In this document: positions 23,179 through 35,707 of the stretch, piece after piece | Position numbering within the stretch: position 1 is the first letter of the stretch | Layout of the letters: each line of letters begins with the position of its first letter | Assembly (NCBI RefSeq): GCF_044704955.1 | Contig: NC_091988.1 | Span: forward strand, 141,980,001-142,044,000 | Origin: Pristiophorus japonicus | Taxonomy: Eukaryota | Reading direction: 5' to 3' | Length of the DNA: 64,000 nt | The notes under the pieces: model-generated | What the model was told of the DNA's origin: nothing | The model's database searches: none | The model's input: only the letters and a program-made list of their open reading frames with translations | Position numbers and translations under genes: made by a program

Positions 23179-25425
23179 TGGAGATGGAGAGAGAGAGAGA
23201 GAGAGAAGGAAGATGGAAAGAAGGGTGTGCAGTATGTAAAATGACAAACGAAGAATCTACAGATAATAATATGCAGCAGGAGCTTTCAGGGAGAAGGAGG
23301 GTGAAAGCAATCTCTAAGGAGGCTAATGCGGCCCTGGAAAATGAAGTGGAAAATCGGTGGGGCCAATTAACCCCGCGGGGGGTGGGCATAGGAAACCTCC
23401 CCCCCCGCATTTATCAAAAGATATAGGTCGATTTCGTTGCCCTAGTATCATCGGTGGCCCACAATAGACGTGAGGCAGACCAGTGCCACAAGCGGTGGAA
23501 GTCTTATTGCATCGGCAAGAGTAATTATTAAATTATTTTAAATTGTAATGATGCATTGACTCATTAATTAGAATGTAAATCTGCCGGATTGTAATTAAGC
23601 TGGATAATCTTGGGAAGCTTCCCTGCAAAGCTTTGGACTGGGGACAGAATCTGGGTCCTTTAAATCTGATTGGGCTGAGATGCCTTACATTTAATCAACA
23701 GTATTAATTATTATTTAAAGGAATGATTGGAAACAGACAGACCGCAAACATTCTGCAATTCTACCACTTTAGTTTAGAAGGAGAATTATTAAATTATATT
23801 GCTATGTGTGTGCTGCGAGCAACTCTTTAACTTGGGCATCGTCTCCTTTTTGGTTAGGTTGGTAGATGGGGGCACGACTGAGCACTGAGGGGTCCAGTCA
23901 CCTTTACCCAGACTGTGTCAGTCTCTTCGGCTGCTGTCAGTCACACAGTGACCCAGCCTGGACTGGGGGAGAGTTGTCCTGGCTCACTTTCTGCCCTGGG
24001 ACACTTTGGGACATCAGCTCTGGCCACATGGAGGTCTCAGAGCACAGCCCAGGGACAGGGCGCTCCCTCCCATTACAGTCCTGTCATTGCCGAGCTCACC
24101 AGTGGTCCTGATTCCCCCAAGGGACCTCCATCAATTCAAATAAACCGCCAAATGGCACGGCCCATTGATGGCGGCTTTCCTGGAGATTGTACGCGAGATG
24201 TTTCATGTCAAGCATTAGTTCATAAACACGATATTATTAAATATTTTCTCTGAACGTAGATGTTATAACCATGCATCCATTGTGGATACAAACCGTATTA
24301 GCATATTAACGATGAATAGCATAGGGAGGTGATTAATTGTGGATTACAATATCTCTTGCATTTCCGTAATTGTACCTAGTCAATTAGCTTATGCCATGCT
24401 CTTGTCACATTTGCAGAGGAAGATATCGAAGAATCATGCTGTGCGGAGGTGGAGGGCCTGCTGAGCTGCTCCCTCTCACTGATCTGGTGGAATGTCTCGC
24501 AGCCTTAGTGGGTATCCATAATTGTTCTGCCACCCATGGTGATGCAGATCCCGTTGTTGTGCCACATGAATAATGTGTAAAACAGTGGTAAACCAGTGGT
24601 CATTTAAAGTAATTTAATGGCATTTTATTATACTATATGAATGATGTGACGTTATGCAGTTTCTGTACTCTCATGTTAATCATATGTAACATCTTTCGTG
24701 CACATTTATTGAAGTAGTGTTGCTCCTTGTCCATATGCTTGCGCAGCGTAAGCATTCTCATGTCTCCCCTTCTCTTCTATTAACCTCAATTTTGTTTTCC
24801 AGCTCCCCAGACACAATGGGAGGCCCCTGCACCCAACATCTGAACCGCTGCAGGTCGTCGTCACCACGGGTGACGAACAGTAAAGTGAGGAGGACGACGA
24901 AACTGAGCCCGATGTCTCAATGGATGAAGTAGCGGGGCCAAGCGGTTTGCAGCAGGCCACTCCAAGGTGTCCAGTGCCCACGCCGACCCCGCGGAGGTCG
25001 AATCGGCGAGGCAGGCACACGCTGCGACGGGCAGATGTCAACGAGGAAATGGTGTTACTGTCGAGGGCGAGCGTCGGCATAGGTTGAGAACTCCTCCAAG
25101 TGGCAACATTGCCACACTGTCTGTGCAAATATCGGAGGGCACGGAGCAGATAGTTGGGGCAATGGGACGAACAATCGACTCTGTCGATGCCTTGCTGCAT
25201 GCAATAGTTTTGGGACACAGCACTGCACCCCATGGTACTGTACCACCAACCACCACGACAGAGGCAAGACAGGAGGAAGAACTTCCTTCTGAATCAGAAG
25301 ACGTATCTTCGCAAACATCTTCTCCTCCATCCACTGAGGTCATTCTGCTCACGTCACCCCCCTCCCCCTCCTCCCCCACAGCAGCAGATCTTGAGGTGCT
25401 CTGCTGCAAGATGTCTTGGCCCTGA
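23179..25425 (+). pseudogene. Harbinger Myb/SANT-like gene (exons about 23179-23520, 24417-24570, 24803-25425), disrupted
   Basis: RRVKAISKEANAALENEVENRWGQL...PPRIYQKI*...VSSVAHNRREADQCHKRW, then a GT donor at 23521. Exon 2 follows TTTGCAG and reads RKISKNH...GGGGPAELLPLTDLVECLAALVG. Confidence 0.8.
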
Positions 25426-25659
25426 AATTTGGGGATTAGGTGGGAAAGGGTGGGGGGGGGGGTCATATATTGTTATTTTTTAAAAATTGTTGAATGTTGA
25501 CTGTTGGGTATGGAGGGAGGGTGTTATATTGTTTTAAAAATGTTGTTCACTGTTGGGGTGTTTTGAGGAGGGGGGGGCGTGGAGGGTTATAAATATATTA
25601 GTTTAAAAAAAATTAACATTTATTATTTAACTTTACAAAAACTAAACGTAAAATATCAA

Positions 25660-25944
25660 CCTCAACGGGCAGTGCGGTCCTGATGGTGCTGGTAGGCTGC
25701 AGATCTCCCTTAATTAGCTGGCATAGCTCACTGATGACCTTCTTTCAGAAGTGCAGCTTTCTAATGCATGTGTTATCGAACAAGCCCAGGTATGATCGCT
25801 TAACTCTAAATGCGTTGGGTGTAAGGTCTCCTCCTCCCCAGCAGTCTGCCACCTCTTTGATTGCTCTTCAATGAACCTTCTCCCATCTCTATTCTGCAGC
25901 ATATGATTTGTCATCAATACTGGTTGAGAAATTACAGACCACAT
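25660..25944 (-). pseudogene. Harbinger nuclease N-terminal remnant
   Basis: Frame-joined ...RRPYTQRI..KRSYLGLFDNTCIRKLHF*KKVISELCQLIKGDLQPTSTIRTALPVEV, then an abrupt break before the DDE core. Confidence 0.8.
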
Positions 25945-26789
25945 TATTATAAATGCCCTTATAATTTGTCCTCAACAAATACAAATGTGATTAGATAATT
26001 TGCAAGTGTCAAAACGCCCTTAAAATCACTCAAATTGTTCTCCTGACAAGCACTTCAAGCAACCTTTTATTAAAGATCCTCAGAGTTACAAAATGGCATC
26101 CGTAGTGCCGAGTTAAGGTCAGGTGATTGCAGTTTTTCTTCAGCATCTTTTTGGGCCAGCGATCATTTGGGCGAAATGCCATAAGTAGCGTTCGGCAATA
26201 ATCGGGCGCTAGTTTCCATTATAAACAGTATTCTCGGCCTTGCACGAGGAGGAAGTCATATTTTATTTTTAAAAATAGCCGGGCGATGCAGCTCATTCCT
26301 GTATGCCGAAAGTTGCACCGGTGATAATCGGGCGCTAGTTTCAATTTTTCATCAAAAATGGCCGATAGCCTGAATCTCAGTGCTAAATGGGCAATGTGCC
26401 GAAAGTCTAGCCCCTTATGTTTTCCTGAATTAAAAGCCATCTATGCATGAAAAACAGTTTTGCCACATCAAAAATGATCTAATCGCAATGTGTTGCATAC
26501 CTATATGATGAGGAATATTTATTATGTACTGCTGCATTACAAATTTTACTCAAGGCATTTTAAGTTGTTTTACTTGTTAAACAATGTCAGAATTTCCCAG
26601 ATTATAAATAAGCTTAAAAAAATATATTGCAAATAAGTAGATTTTCATTAATCCCATTACATTTTTCAGTGTTCAATATTTAGTTCCAATATTAAAATTT
26701 CTGTCCAGACATTGAAATCATTGAGGCAGAGCTTTGTGGCTAACCAATGTTAGAGATGAGAAATAAGCAGACAGTTTACAAACAGTTGT

Positions 26790-27790
26790 GTTTTTTTTTA
26801 AATCCACCAGTTCTCTCCTGAAGCTGCCGACTGTTTGCCGGGGTACGGTTCCACAGGCCCCAGCTACCCTTCAATATCTCATCCAAGAGCTCATTATTTG
26901 TGCGAACTTCGATGGTGACTGTTAACAGATTGGGGTTATTTCACAGCCAAACTCAATTCCGTTCTCACCAGGGCCTAGACGTTCCTCCTTGGGCGTAACC
27001 CAGAAGTTCAACCTGGAAATATGCCTGAAATAGCACAAGTTACACACAAGTATGCGCCCAGTCTCATTAAAGTAAGCCCAAACTTAAAACGAGTATAAAG
27101 TCAGCGTAAAGAATCCCAGACCAGTATATTTCGCATTTGAATCTTAAAATGTGTTTCAACTCATTTAACCATCATTCATGCACATCAGGCACAGCATGTT
27201 TAAGAGCCTGCAATCAGTTAAGCTTTACAATTTTTAATGTGACTTATACTTATGTTAAAAATGCATTAAAACAGAAAATACAGAACCGGTCTGAGTGAGA
27301 ATAAATTTTAAAAAAGAACACTCAAAAATTTCCATTTGAAAATCCAGAAAAGTGACTGGTGCCTGCAGCGCGTGAAAATCTGGCCACACTGTTCAGAGAA
27401 AGCCCACAACCAGCTCTGAACATGTGAAATTTGAAAATACTCACGTGAGTGTCAGAGTTGTGCCAGATTTGTGGGTGGAAATTCATTCAGCTGGAGGGTT
27501 TGATGGATGAACGTAAAAGATTGAGGAGACATGGGCATATTGTAGTTACACCCGCAACTCACTTACACCCCAAATTCTACGATCTTTTAAGCCATGTAAA
27601 AAGATTACAGGTGTATCTGAAGGGAAATGCAGTAGAAACTCTAGGCCCTCATGTGCATACATGCACTCCAGCAGGTGCAGGAAACCTGGCCTATTTTCTC
27701 CTTCCTAACTCAGGGCACTGATCTCAATTGTACTTCCAATACCAAGACAAACCAACTCAGTACTGACCAGAACAGAGTCTGGGACCTTCT
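26790..27790 (-). mobile_element. Old SINE-like repeat split by the 26971-27648 MITE (related copy at about 6220-6410)
   Basis: The flanks of the MITE join into one repeat. Minus-strand GAAGGTCCCAG...GTACTGAGTTGG...TACAATTG..TCAGTGCCC resembles 6320-6410. Confidence 0.45.
26971..27648. mobile_element. Harbinger-type MITE
   Basis: TIRs GGGCCTAGA and TCTAGGCCC; flanks CCA/TCA. Confidence 0.8.
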
Positions 27791-28059
27791 TGTCTATATC
27801 ACAATTTTTTTAGCAGATAAAATTGTTAAACTCTCTGGGAAGCGAGAGAAGAGTTTGGAGGAATTCTAAAAGCTATGGAAAATGATTTGTAATATTCTAC
27901 AAGTTTCTCATTTTCCCAGACTCCCTTTTACCTTTCACATCTGCACTATCCCTGATTAGGAAGGGAAGCTGGTGTGGACAGAGGGAGAGCGAGAGAGAGG
28001 GAGGGCGAGAGAGGGGGATAGCGCAATCGAGAGAGGAGATAGCGATCAGGGTGCGACAG

Positions 28060-29398
28060 GAGTCAGTTCTGCGGCCTCAATGATTTAAAATCTATATTAA
28101 TGACTTGGATGGAGGGACTGAATGTAATGTAGCCAAATTTGCTGATGATACACAATAGGTTGGAAAGCAAGTTGTGAAGAGAACACACCAATACCCTGTA
28201 TAACTGTAGCAAGACTTCCCTGCTTTTATACTCCATCCCTTTTGCAATAAAGGCCAAGATTCCATTGGCCTTCCTGATCACTTGCTGCACCTGCATACTA
28301 ACCTTTTGTGTTTCATGCACCAGGACCTTCAGGTCCCACTGTACTGCAGCACTTTGCAATTTTTCTCCATTTAAATAATAACTTGCTCTTTGATTTTTTT
28401 TCTGCCAAAGTGTATAACCTTACACTTTCCCAAATTATACTCCATCATGTCCTTTTGCAGATTTTTTTGTGTTCTCCTCACACATTGCTTTTCCTCCTAT
28501 CTTTGTATCATCAGCAAACTTAGCTATGTTACACTCAGTCCCTTTCTCCAAGGCACAAAGTATCTGCAAATGAATATAGATAGGCTAAGTGAGTGGGACA
28601 AAAATTTGGCAGATGGAGTATAATGTGGAAAAATGTGAGGTTATCCACTTTTGTAGGAAGAATAAAAAAGCAAAATTATTTAAATGGGGAGAGATCACAA
28701 AATGTTGCAGTAGAGGGGGATCTGGGGGTCCTTGTACATAAAACACAAAAAGTTAGCAGGCAGGTACAGCAGGTACAGGAAAGGAAATGGAATGTTGGCC
28801 TTTGTTGCAAGGGGGATGGAATATAAAAGTAGGGAAGTCCATCTACAACTGTGGTGAGACAACACCTGGAATACTGCGTACAGTTCTGGTCTCCGTATTT
28901 AAGGAAGGATATACTTGCATTGGAGGCAGTTCAGAGAAGGTTCATTAGGTTGATTCCGGAAATGAAGGGCTTGTCTTATGAAAAAAGTTGAGCAGGTTGG
29001 GCCTGTACTCATTGGAGTTTTGAAGAATGAGAGATGATCTTGTTGAAACGTAAAAGATTCTGAGGGGGCTCAACAAGGTGGATACAGAGAGGATCATTCC
29101 CCTAGTGAGGGAATCTAGAACTAGGGGCCATAGTTTCAGAATAAGGTGTTAAAAACAAAGATGAGGAAGAATTTCTTCTGAGGGTTTTAAATCCCTGGAA
29201 TTCTCTGCCCAGAGAGCTGTGGAGGCTGGGTCATTGAATATATTTAAGGCGGAGGTAGACAGATTTTTGAATGAGAGGGGAGTCATGGGTTATGAGGAGC
29301 GAGCGGGGAAGTGGAGTGGAGGTCAAAATCAGATCAGTCATGATCTTATTGAATGGCGGAGCAGACTCAAATGGCCTACTCCTTTTTCTTATGTTCTT
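28060..29398 (+). mobile_element. CR1 LINE (RT to 3' end) containing an inverted CR1 fragment at about 28186-28552
   Basis: YINDLD..KFADD at 28091-28150 continues at about 28553 to the 3' terminus AATGGCCTACTCCT...TTCTTATGTTCTT. Confidence 0.9.
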
Positions 29399-30785
29399 GA
29401 GAGCGAGAGAGCAATTCCATACTAGAAAGTTTTGCCAATGGTGTCAATATTACCCTGCCACTAGTGTAAATACGCTGGAGCGATTATGAGAATCACCACC
29501 CACCTTCATCCTTCCCCCATCATCACAATAAGTGAAAACAATGATCTAGCACTACCATTAACATGTACAGGTGCATAAATGTGGCCATTCAGAGAAAAGA
29601 ACACTTCTGGAGTAATGCTGGCCCCGTGTTATCATCTATATAATAGTTGAGGCTGGGAAGAACTGTATATGTGAACCCTTGCTTTAATATTCTATGCAGT
29701 GCACTGATCACTACTTCAGGTTGGCACCTTTGAAATTCTTCCAACACAAATCTCAAATTGACATGGAACTAAATACTTAAACTAGCTAAATGACAAATTG
29801 TTTAAATTATACACTGGCTATGGTTCTACACGTCTAGAAAGTCTAACCATAATCTGTAACAATGAAACATTCAAGAAGGAAGACAAAAATAAAGACATGT
29901 GAAGCCTGACCGAAACACAAATATTAAGGCCCCCGTCCTGATAAACACCCTTCCATTAAAAACCAGTCCACAGTTGTGAGATAAACATGTCGAGGTTTGA
30001 GTAGAGTTTGCACATTTTACTATCTCTTTATCCATTCTAAATGTAGTCAGGTTTTGTACGGTTTTGCAATATTGCTGCATTTGCAGCAGTCGTTTTATCA
30101 CGGTTTTATTAGTTTTTGGCTCCAGCTGGCTTCATCTTGGATGCTGATGGTAAATTCACTCAGTGCAGTTGATGCTATGAATACAGACTGAAGGACTAAT
30201 AATCATGTGGTAATTATACCACATTTATTGAGCAGTCATCACAGTTGATTGCAGTGGAACCTCAATTATCTGCTTTCTTACTACCTGCCATAATTTTTTG
30301 CTGGGTAAAGCCTTGTGGGAGATAAGGCCTCAATGCACAACTTCTCTCGTTACATATATTTGATCTCATTTTCCTGGTGCAGACAACATTTATTATTTGG
30401 ATTGTACTCGTCTTCCTTCAATTGGCTATGGTGTTGCTGTTACAAATTTGGGAACTTTTAACTATCCGTCATTTGGGTGAGGGTAGGGTCCTCTTTGTTA
30501 TGGCAAATAACAGAGGCTCCATTTTATTAACAAATAAGCCTGGATCAAATGTATGAAATCTCCTCTGTACAAACACTTATAAATCCCTTAGAATCTGAAG
30601 CTGAAACAGAGGTTAATATGAAAGAATGATGCAGAGATAACTTATATTTGCAACGTCAAAGATCTCAGCAGAAAATACTAAATGATGCGTCAGGTTTTTA
30701 AACTCCAAAACAATCTGTTGTGCCCCATTAAATGTAAGCCTTTAAAACCTCATCAGCTGGTCTGGCCATATAATGTTTAACAAAT

Positions 30786-30979
30786 TGTTATGTATTGATG
30801 CCTGGGGTCACCAGCACTAGAGTGCGCTACTGTCGGAGGTCATCGGGCTGTATGTGCATGTGCGCGGTCACGGGTGTATAAGCGTGGATACTATGTCACG
30901 CGGGTACTTTGGCCACGCATAAAGATAGATCAGATTTACACCCGATGCAGTTTACAGTAACAAGACTCGATTCATTATA
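30786..30979 (+). repeat. 5' LTR
   Basis: TGTTATG...CATTATA, similar along its length to 37096-37298. Confidence 0.95.
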
Positions 30980-30981
30980 TT

Positions 30982-30992
30982 TGGCGACGAGG
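30982..30992 (+). promoter_or_regulatory. Primer binding site, probably tRNA-Ser(GCU)
   Basis: TGGCGACGAGG lies 2 nt after the 5' LTR and is complementary to the ...CCUCGUCGCCA 3' end recalled for vertebrate tRNA-Ser(GCU). Confidence 0.8.
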
Positions 30993-31663
30993 TAAATTAA
31001 GAACCTTCGCATGTACAATGGGCACTATTGGAATTTTTCATGAATGGCGAGGATTGGGTGGATTTTGTTGACTGTCTGGATCAATATTTTGTGGCCAACA
31101 AAATGGAGGGAGAGGCTGATGCAGTTCGGCGCAGGGCGGTTTTCCTCGCCATTTGAGGTCAGAAAGTTTACGGCCTCATGAAGAACCTTCTCTTGCCTTT
31201 ACATCCAGTGGACAAAAAGAGTACGAGGATGTGTGTGCTTTGGTGTGTGACCACCTTATGCCAAAAGAGGGGATCATCTCACGCTATAACTTCTATACGC
31301 ATGTTCGTGCTGAGAGCTAGGATGTGTTGGGATTCGTCGCCGACCTACGACATCTTGCTGAGCAGTGTAAGTTCGGCAACATGTTGGAAGACATGTTGAG
31401 ATTTCTTAGTAATAGGCATCAACCACGATGTGATTCTTCGGAAGTTAGTGGCCGAAGGGAAACTGGATTTGAAAAAGGCCATTGTGACTGCCTAGGCATG
31501 CATGACGACTGATGATAATTTGAGGCAGATATCATCGAAGAGTCGGAGATCCACAGCAGGTACTGCAAACAAGATTGTATCATCTTCTAGCAGAGCTGCT
31601 TATGGCAGGGCCTACTCGACTGTTTGTGAAACGTGTAGCTGCTCAGAGTCCACCAACTGGTAC

Positions 31664-31871
31664 TGTTATGTATGTAATAGCTCGATAGACTGAATACTGT
31701 AAACTAACACAGGTACAAACCTGGCTCTGCTTTATTAGGGCCATAAGTGATTACATTACATTACATGATGGCTTGCCTTTTATACCTGGGCCACACACAC
31801 GTGCGTACAGCCCAATGACTTCCGACAGTGGCCACCTGGTGGCTAGTAACCCCAAGCATACTTATATGACA
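31664..31871 (-). mobile_element. Solo LTR of a related Gypsy family, inserted antisense in gag
   Basis: TG...CA ends; perfect GGTAC TSD (31659-31663 and 31872-31876); minus-strand TATAAAA and AATAAA; shares CACTGTCGGAAGTCATTGGGCTGTA with the host LTR. Confidence 0.93.
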
Positions 31872-33180
31872 GGTACGAATCGGATTTCACCCTGTTGGCG
31901 TTGTGGGGGCAATCATTGGCCTCATCAGTGTTGGTTTAAACAATACTCCTGTAATGGCTGTTCGAAAGTGGGGCATCATCAGAAAATGTGCCCACAACTG
32001 AGCAAGTGTGCTGCTGCTGCTCATCCCATTGTTCATGATGACCAGCCCAGTGCTGGTCCGGATTCACAACCCGAGGAAGTGTATGGTCTGTATTCGTTCT
32101 TGACAAAGAGCCAGCCGATAATAGTTAATGTGAAGCTGAATGGCGTGCCTGTATCAGTGGAGCTGAACACGGGTACGAGTCAGTCGATAATGAGCCAAAG
32201 GACATTTGACAAGCTGTGGGACACTGAGGCTGTGAAGCCAAAGCTGAGTCCAGTCAATGCCAAGCTGCATACTTACACCAAAGAACTCATACCGGTGATT
32301 GGCAGTGCAGTAGTCAAGGGGTCATATGATGCTGTGATTCAAGGTCTACTGTTATGGATCGTCCCAGGTAACGGTCCAACGCTGTTCGGCAGAAATTGGC
32401 TCGAGAAAATCAAGCTGAACTGGAATGATGTCAAAGCATTGCCCTTGGTGTATGACACTTCGTGTGCTCAGTGTTGAAGAAGTTTCCTTCTTTGTTTGAA
32501 CCGGGCATTGGTAAATTTACTGGAGCCAAGGTGCAGATTCACCTCGATTCTGATGCAAGGCCTGTCTATCATAAAGCTCAGTCTGTTCTTTACATGAGGG
32601 GGGGGGCGGGGCGGGGGAAGAAGGTTGAAATTGAGCTCAACAAACTCCAACATGAAGGGGTCATATCACCGGTCGAGTTTAAACGAGTGGGCCAGTCCTA
32701 TTATCCCTGTGTTGAAGAGTGATGGCACGGTCAGGATTTGTGGAGACTACAAGGTTACGATTAACCGATTTTCGAAACAGGATCAGTATCCCTTACCGAG
32801 GGATGATAACTTGTTCGCTATGCTAGCTGGTGGAAAATCGTTTACTAAGCTAGATCTGACGTTGGTCTATATGACACAGGAGCTTGTCGGCACTTCGAAG
32901 AAACTCACCTGCATCAACACCCATAAAGGACTGTTTGTCTACAACAAGTGTCCTTTTGGAATTCATTCGGTAGCAGCTATATTTCAGAGGAATATGGAGA
33001 GTCTACTGAAGTCCGTTCCTAGAACTGTCGTGTTTCAAGATGCCATTTTGGTCACAGGTCGCGACACTGCTGAACAACTGAACAATCTTGAAATCCTAGA
33101 TCGTCTGAACAAAGTGGGATTCAGGCTGAAATGTTCAAAGTGTGTCTTCATGGCAACTGAAGTTGAATTTCTGGGGAGGA

Positions 33181-33860
33181 TGTCAAAATATCGACATATA
33201 ATATACGACTCAGACATCTTCAGCTCTGGCAGATGTTCCTTTAATTTTACTTGCAGCAAGGGAAAAGTCTCACTCAGTCAACGGCTAAGTGAAGATCTCC
33301 AAAATGGTACAGTTTCACGAGATATTTACACAGTAAAAACACAAGTTATGGCCTCTTCCTGTGTATTGGCTCTGTCTTGCAGTCAGTGAATATAGATAAA
33401 GAGTTAATCACCACACTCTTGTCCAGACATGGTTCCCAACTGTCTCATCGAGTAATGGCTGACTGGCCAACTAATAACCCTGACAAAAGGAGAGTGTGGT
33501 AATGAGCTATTACCAGCATTGCATGGTGTCAGGATTGTCCAGTTTCCTGGTCAGTTATCTTTTTGCATAAAATGGATGAGGTCTGTACAAGAGATAATGG
33601 CTGGTAGTCTGAGGGGGCGGGGGGGGGGGGGGGGGGGAGTGGAACTGGTGTTGTATGGACAATACAGGAGAGCACCATGGGTGGTACTTGTCTCAGTCTC
33701 CATGCCGCCTGGTGGCTATTGATTAGCTATTAGCGATTTCAAGCCAGGTTTAGCTGTTTATGCAGAAATTTCTGGAAGGACCAGGACTCCATTTTGTTTT
33801 ATATCAAAAAGGGTACAAAATACAGTGTGATACAGCTTAGATAAAAAATACATTTCTACA
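33181..33860 (-). mobile_element. 680-bp solo LTR (ERV-like or other 4-bp-TSD LTR element) inserted in RT
   Basis: TG...CA ends and perfect AGGA TSD (33177-33180 and 33861-33864). Removing it restores VEFLGRKIAADGIRP. A minus-strand ATTAAA lies near its 3' end. Confidence 0.88.
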
Positions 33861-34515
33861 AGGAAGATTGCTGCTGATGGTATCAGGCCAACTGATTCGA
33901 AAACAAAGGCCAGCAAAATTTCACCCAGGCCTCAGAATGTGAAGGAGCTGTGTTCGTTTCTTGGGCTACTCAACTACTTTGGTAATTTCTTACCCAGATC
34001 GAGCACTTCATTAGAACCACTGCACGTGCTACTCAGAAAAGGCAACAACTGTGTCTGGGGTGTGTCTCAAGATAGAGCCTTTGAGAAAGCTAAGAATCTG
34101 CTCTGTTCAAACAAGTTGCTTGTTCATTATGATCCATGCAAGTGTCTTGTATTGGCCTGTGATGCTTCATCATATGGGGTTGGCAGTGTACTCCAACAAG
34201 CAAATGAATCAGGTAAGCTACAACCTGTTGCGTATGCTTCGAGAAGTTTATCAAAAGCGGAAAGAGCTTACAGCATGGTAGAAAAAGAAGCTTTGGCCTG
34301 TGTGTATGGGGTAAAAAAGATGCATCAGTACATGTTTGGTCTTCGTTTTGAACTCGTAATGGATCACAAGCCACTCATTTCATTGTTTTCTGAGAACAAA
34401 AGGTATTAATACCAATGCATCGTCCGGTATTCAGAGGTGGGCGTTGACATTGTCTGCCTATGAATACGTTATTCATCATAGACCCGGTACTGAGAATTGT
34501 GCCGATGCACTGAGT

Positions 34516-35707
34516 CATAGAAACATACAAAATAGGTGCAGGAGTAGGCCATTCAGCCCTTCGAGCCTGCACCACCATTTAAATAAGATCATGGCTGATC
34601 ATTCACCTCAGTACCCCTTTCCTGCTTTCTCTCCATACCCCTTGATCCCTTTAGCCACAAGGGCCATATCTAACTCTCTCTCGAATATATCCAATGAACT
34701 GGCATCAACAACTCTCTGCGGTAGGGAATTCCACAGGTCAACAACTCTCTCAGTGAAGAAGTTTCTCCTCATCTCAGTCCTAAATGGCCTACTCCTTATC
34801 CTAAGACTGTGTCCCCTGGTTCTGGGCTGCCCCAACATCGGGAACATTCTTCCTGCATCTAACCTGTCCAGTCCCGTCAGAATGTTATATGTTTCTATGA
34901 GATCCCCTCTCATCCTTCTAAACTCCAGTGAATAAAGGCCCAGTCGATCCAGTATCTCCACATATCAGTCCTGCCATCCCGGGAATCAGTCTGGTAAACC
35001 TTCGCTCAATAGCAAGAAAGTCCTTCCTCAGATTAGGAGACCAAAACTGAACACATTATTCGAGGTGAGGCCTCATCAAGGCCCTGTTCAACTGCAGTAA
35101 GACCTCCCTGCTCCTATACTCAAATCCCCTAGCTATGAAGGCCAACATACCATTTGCCTTCTTCACCGCCTGCTGTATCTGCATGCCAACTTTCAATGAC
35201 TGATATACCATGACACCCAGGTCTCGTTGCACCTCCCCTTTTCCTAATCTGCTGCCATTCAGATAATATGCTGCCTTCGTGTTTTGCCAACCAAAGTGGA
35301 TAACCTCACATTTATCCACATTATACTCCATCTGCCATGCGATTGCCCACTCACCTAACCTGTCCAAATCACCCTGCAGCCTCTTAGCGTCCTCTTCACA
35401 GCTCACACCGCCACTCAGCTTAGTGTTATCTGCAAACTTGGAGATATTACATTCAATTCCTTCATCTAAATCATTCATGTATATTGTAAATAGCTGGGGT
35501 CCCAGCACTGAGCCCTGGCGGCACCCCACTAGTCACTGCCTGCCATTCTGAAAAGGACCTGTTTATCCCGACTCTGTGTTTCCTGTCTGCCAACCCGTTC
35601 TCTATCCAGGTTAGTACATTACCCCTTGTCAAAAGCCTTTTGAAAGTCCAACTGCATCACATCCACTGGTTCTCCCTTGTCCACTCTACCAGTTACATCC
35701 TCAAAAA
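34516..35707 (-). mobile_element. CR1 LINE inserted antisense between RNase H and integrase
   Basis: ORFs 35056..35529 (QGSVLGP, KFADNTK) and 34608..34961; tail CATAGAAACATA. It splits host NCADALS from PLPT. Confidence 0.95.

Larger units (their letters stand above)
22890..26414 (+). mobile_element. PIF/Harbinger transposon, internally deleted, with a micro-inverted left TIR
   Basis: Right TIR GAAAGTCTAGCCCC ends near 26414. The left TIR appears in the same orientation at 22903-22914. ATCGCCC/GGGCGAT-like subterminal repeats occur at both ends, and Myb/SANT and nuclease remnants lie inside. Confidence 0.85.

Noticed and set aside
24706-25466. Minus-strand ORFs of 142-175 aa
   Set aside because: Antisense shadows of the GC-rich Myb/SANT exon 3.
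28060-29398. Classical twin-priming 5' inversion
   Set aside because: The inverted piece duplicates sequence present on both sides and appears to be from another subfamily, unlike a twin-priming product.
31773-32477. 234-aa ORF as a domesticated gag/protease gene
   Set aside because: It starts inside an inserted LTR, the protease Asp is mutated (NTG), and the surrounding frames are broken.
32625-33389. 254-aa RT ORF as an active reverse transcriptase or novel fusion
   Set aside because: The catalytic DD is broken (FQDA), and the C-terminus is read-through into an inserted solo LTR.
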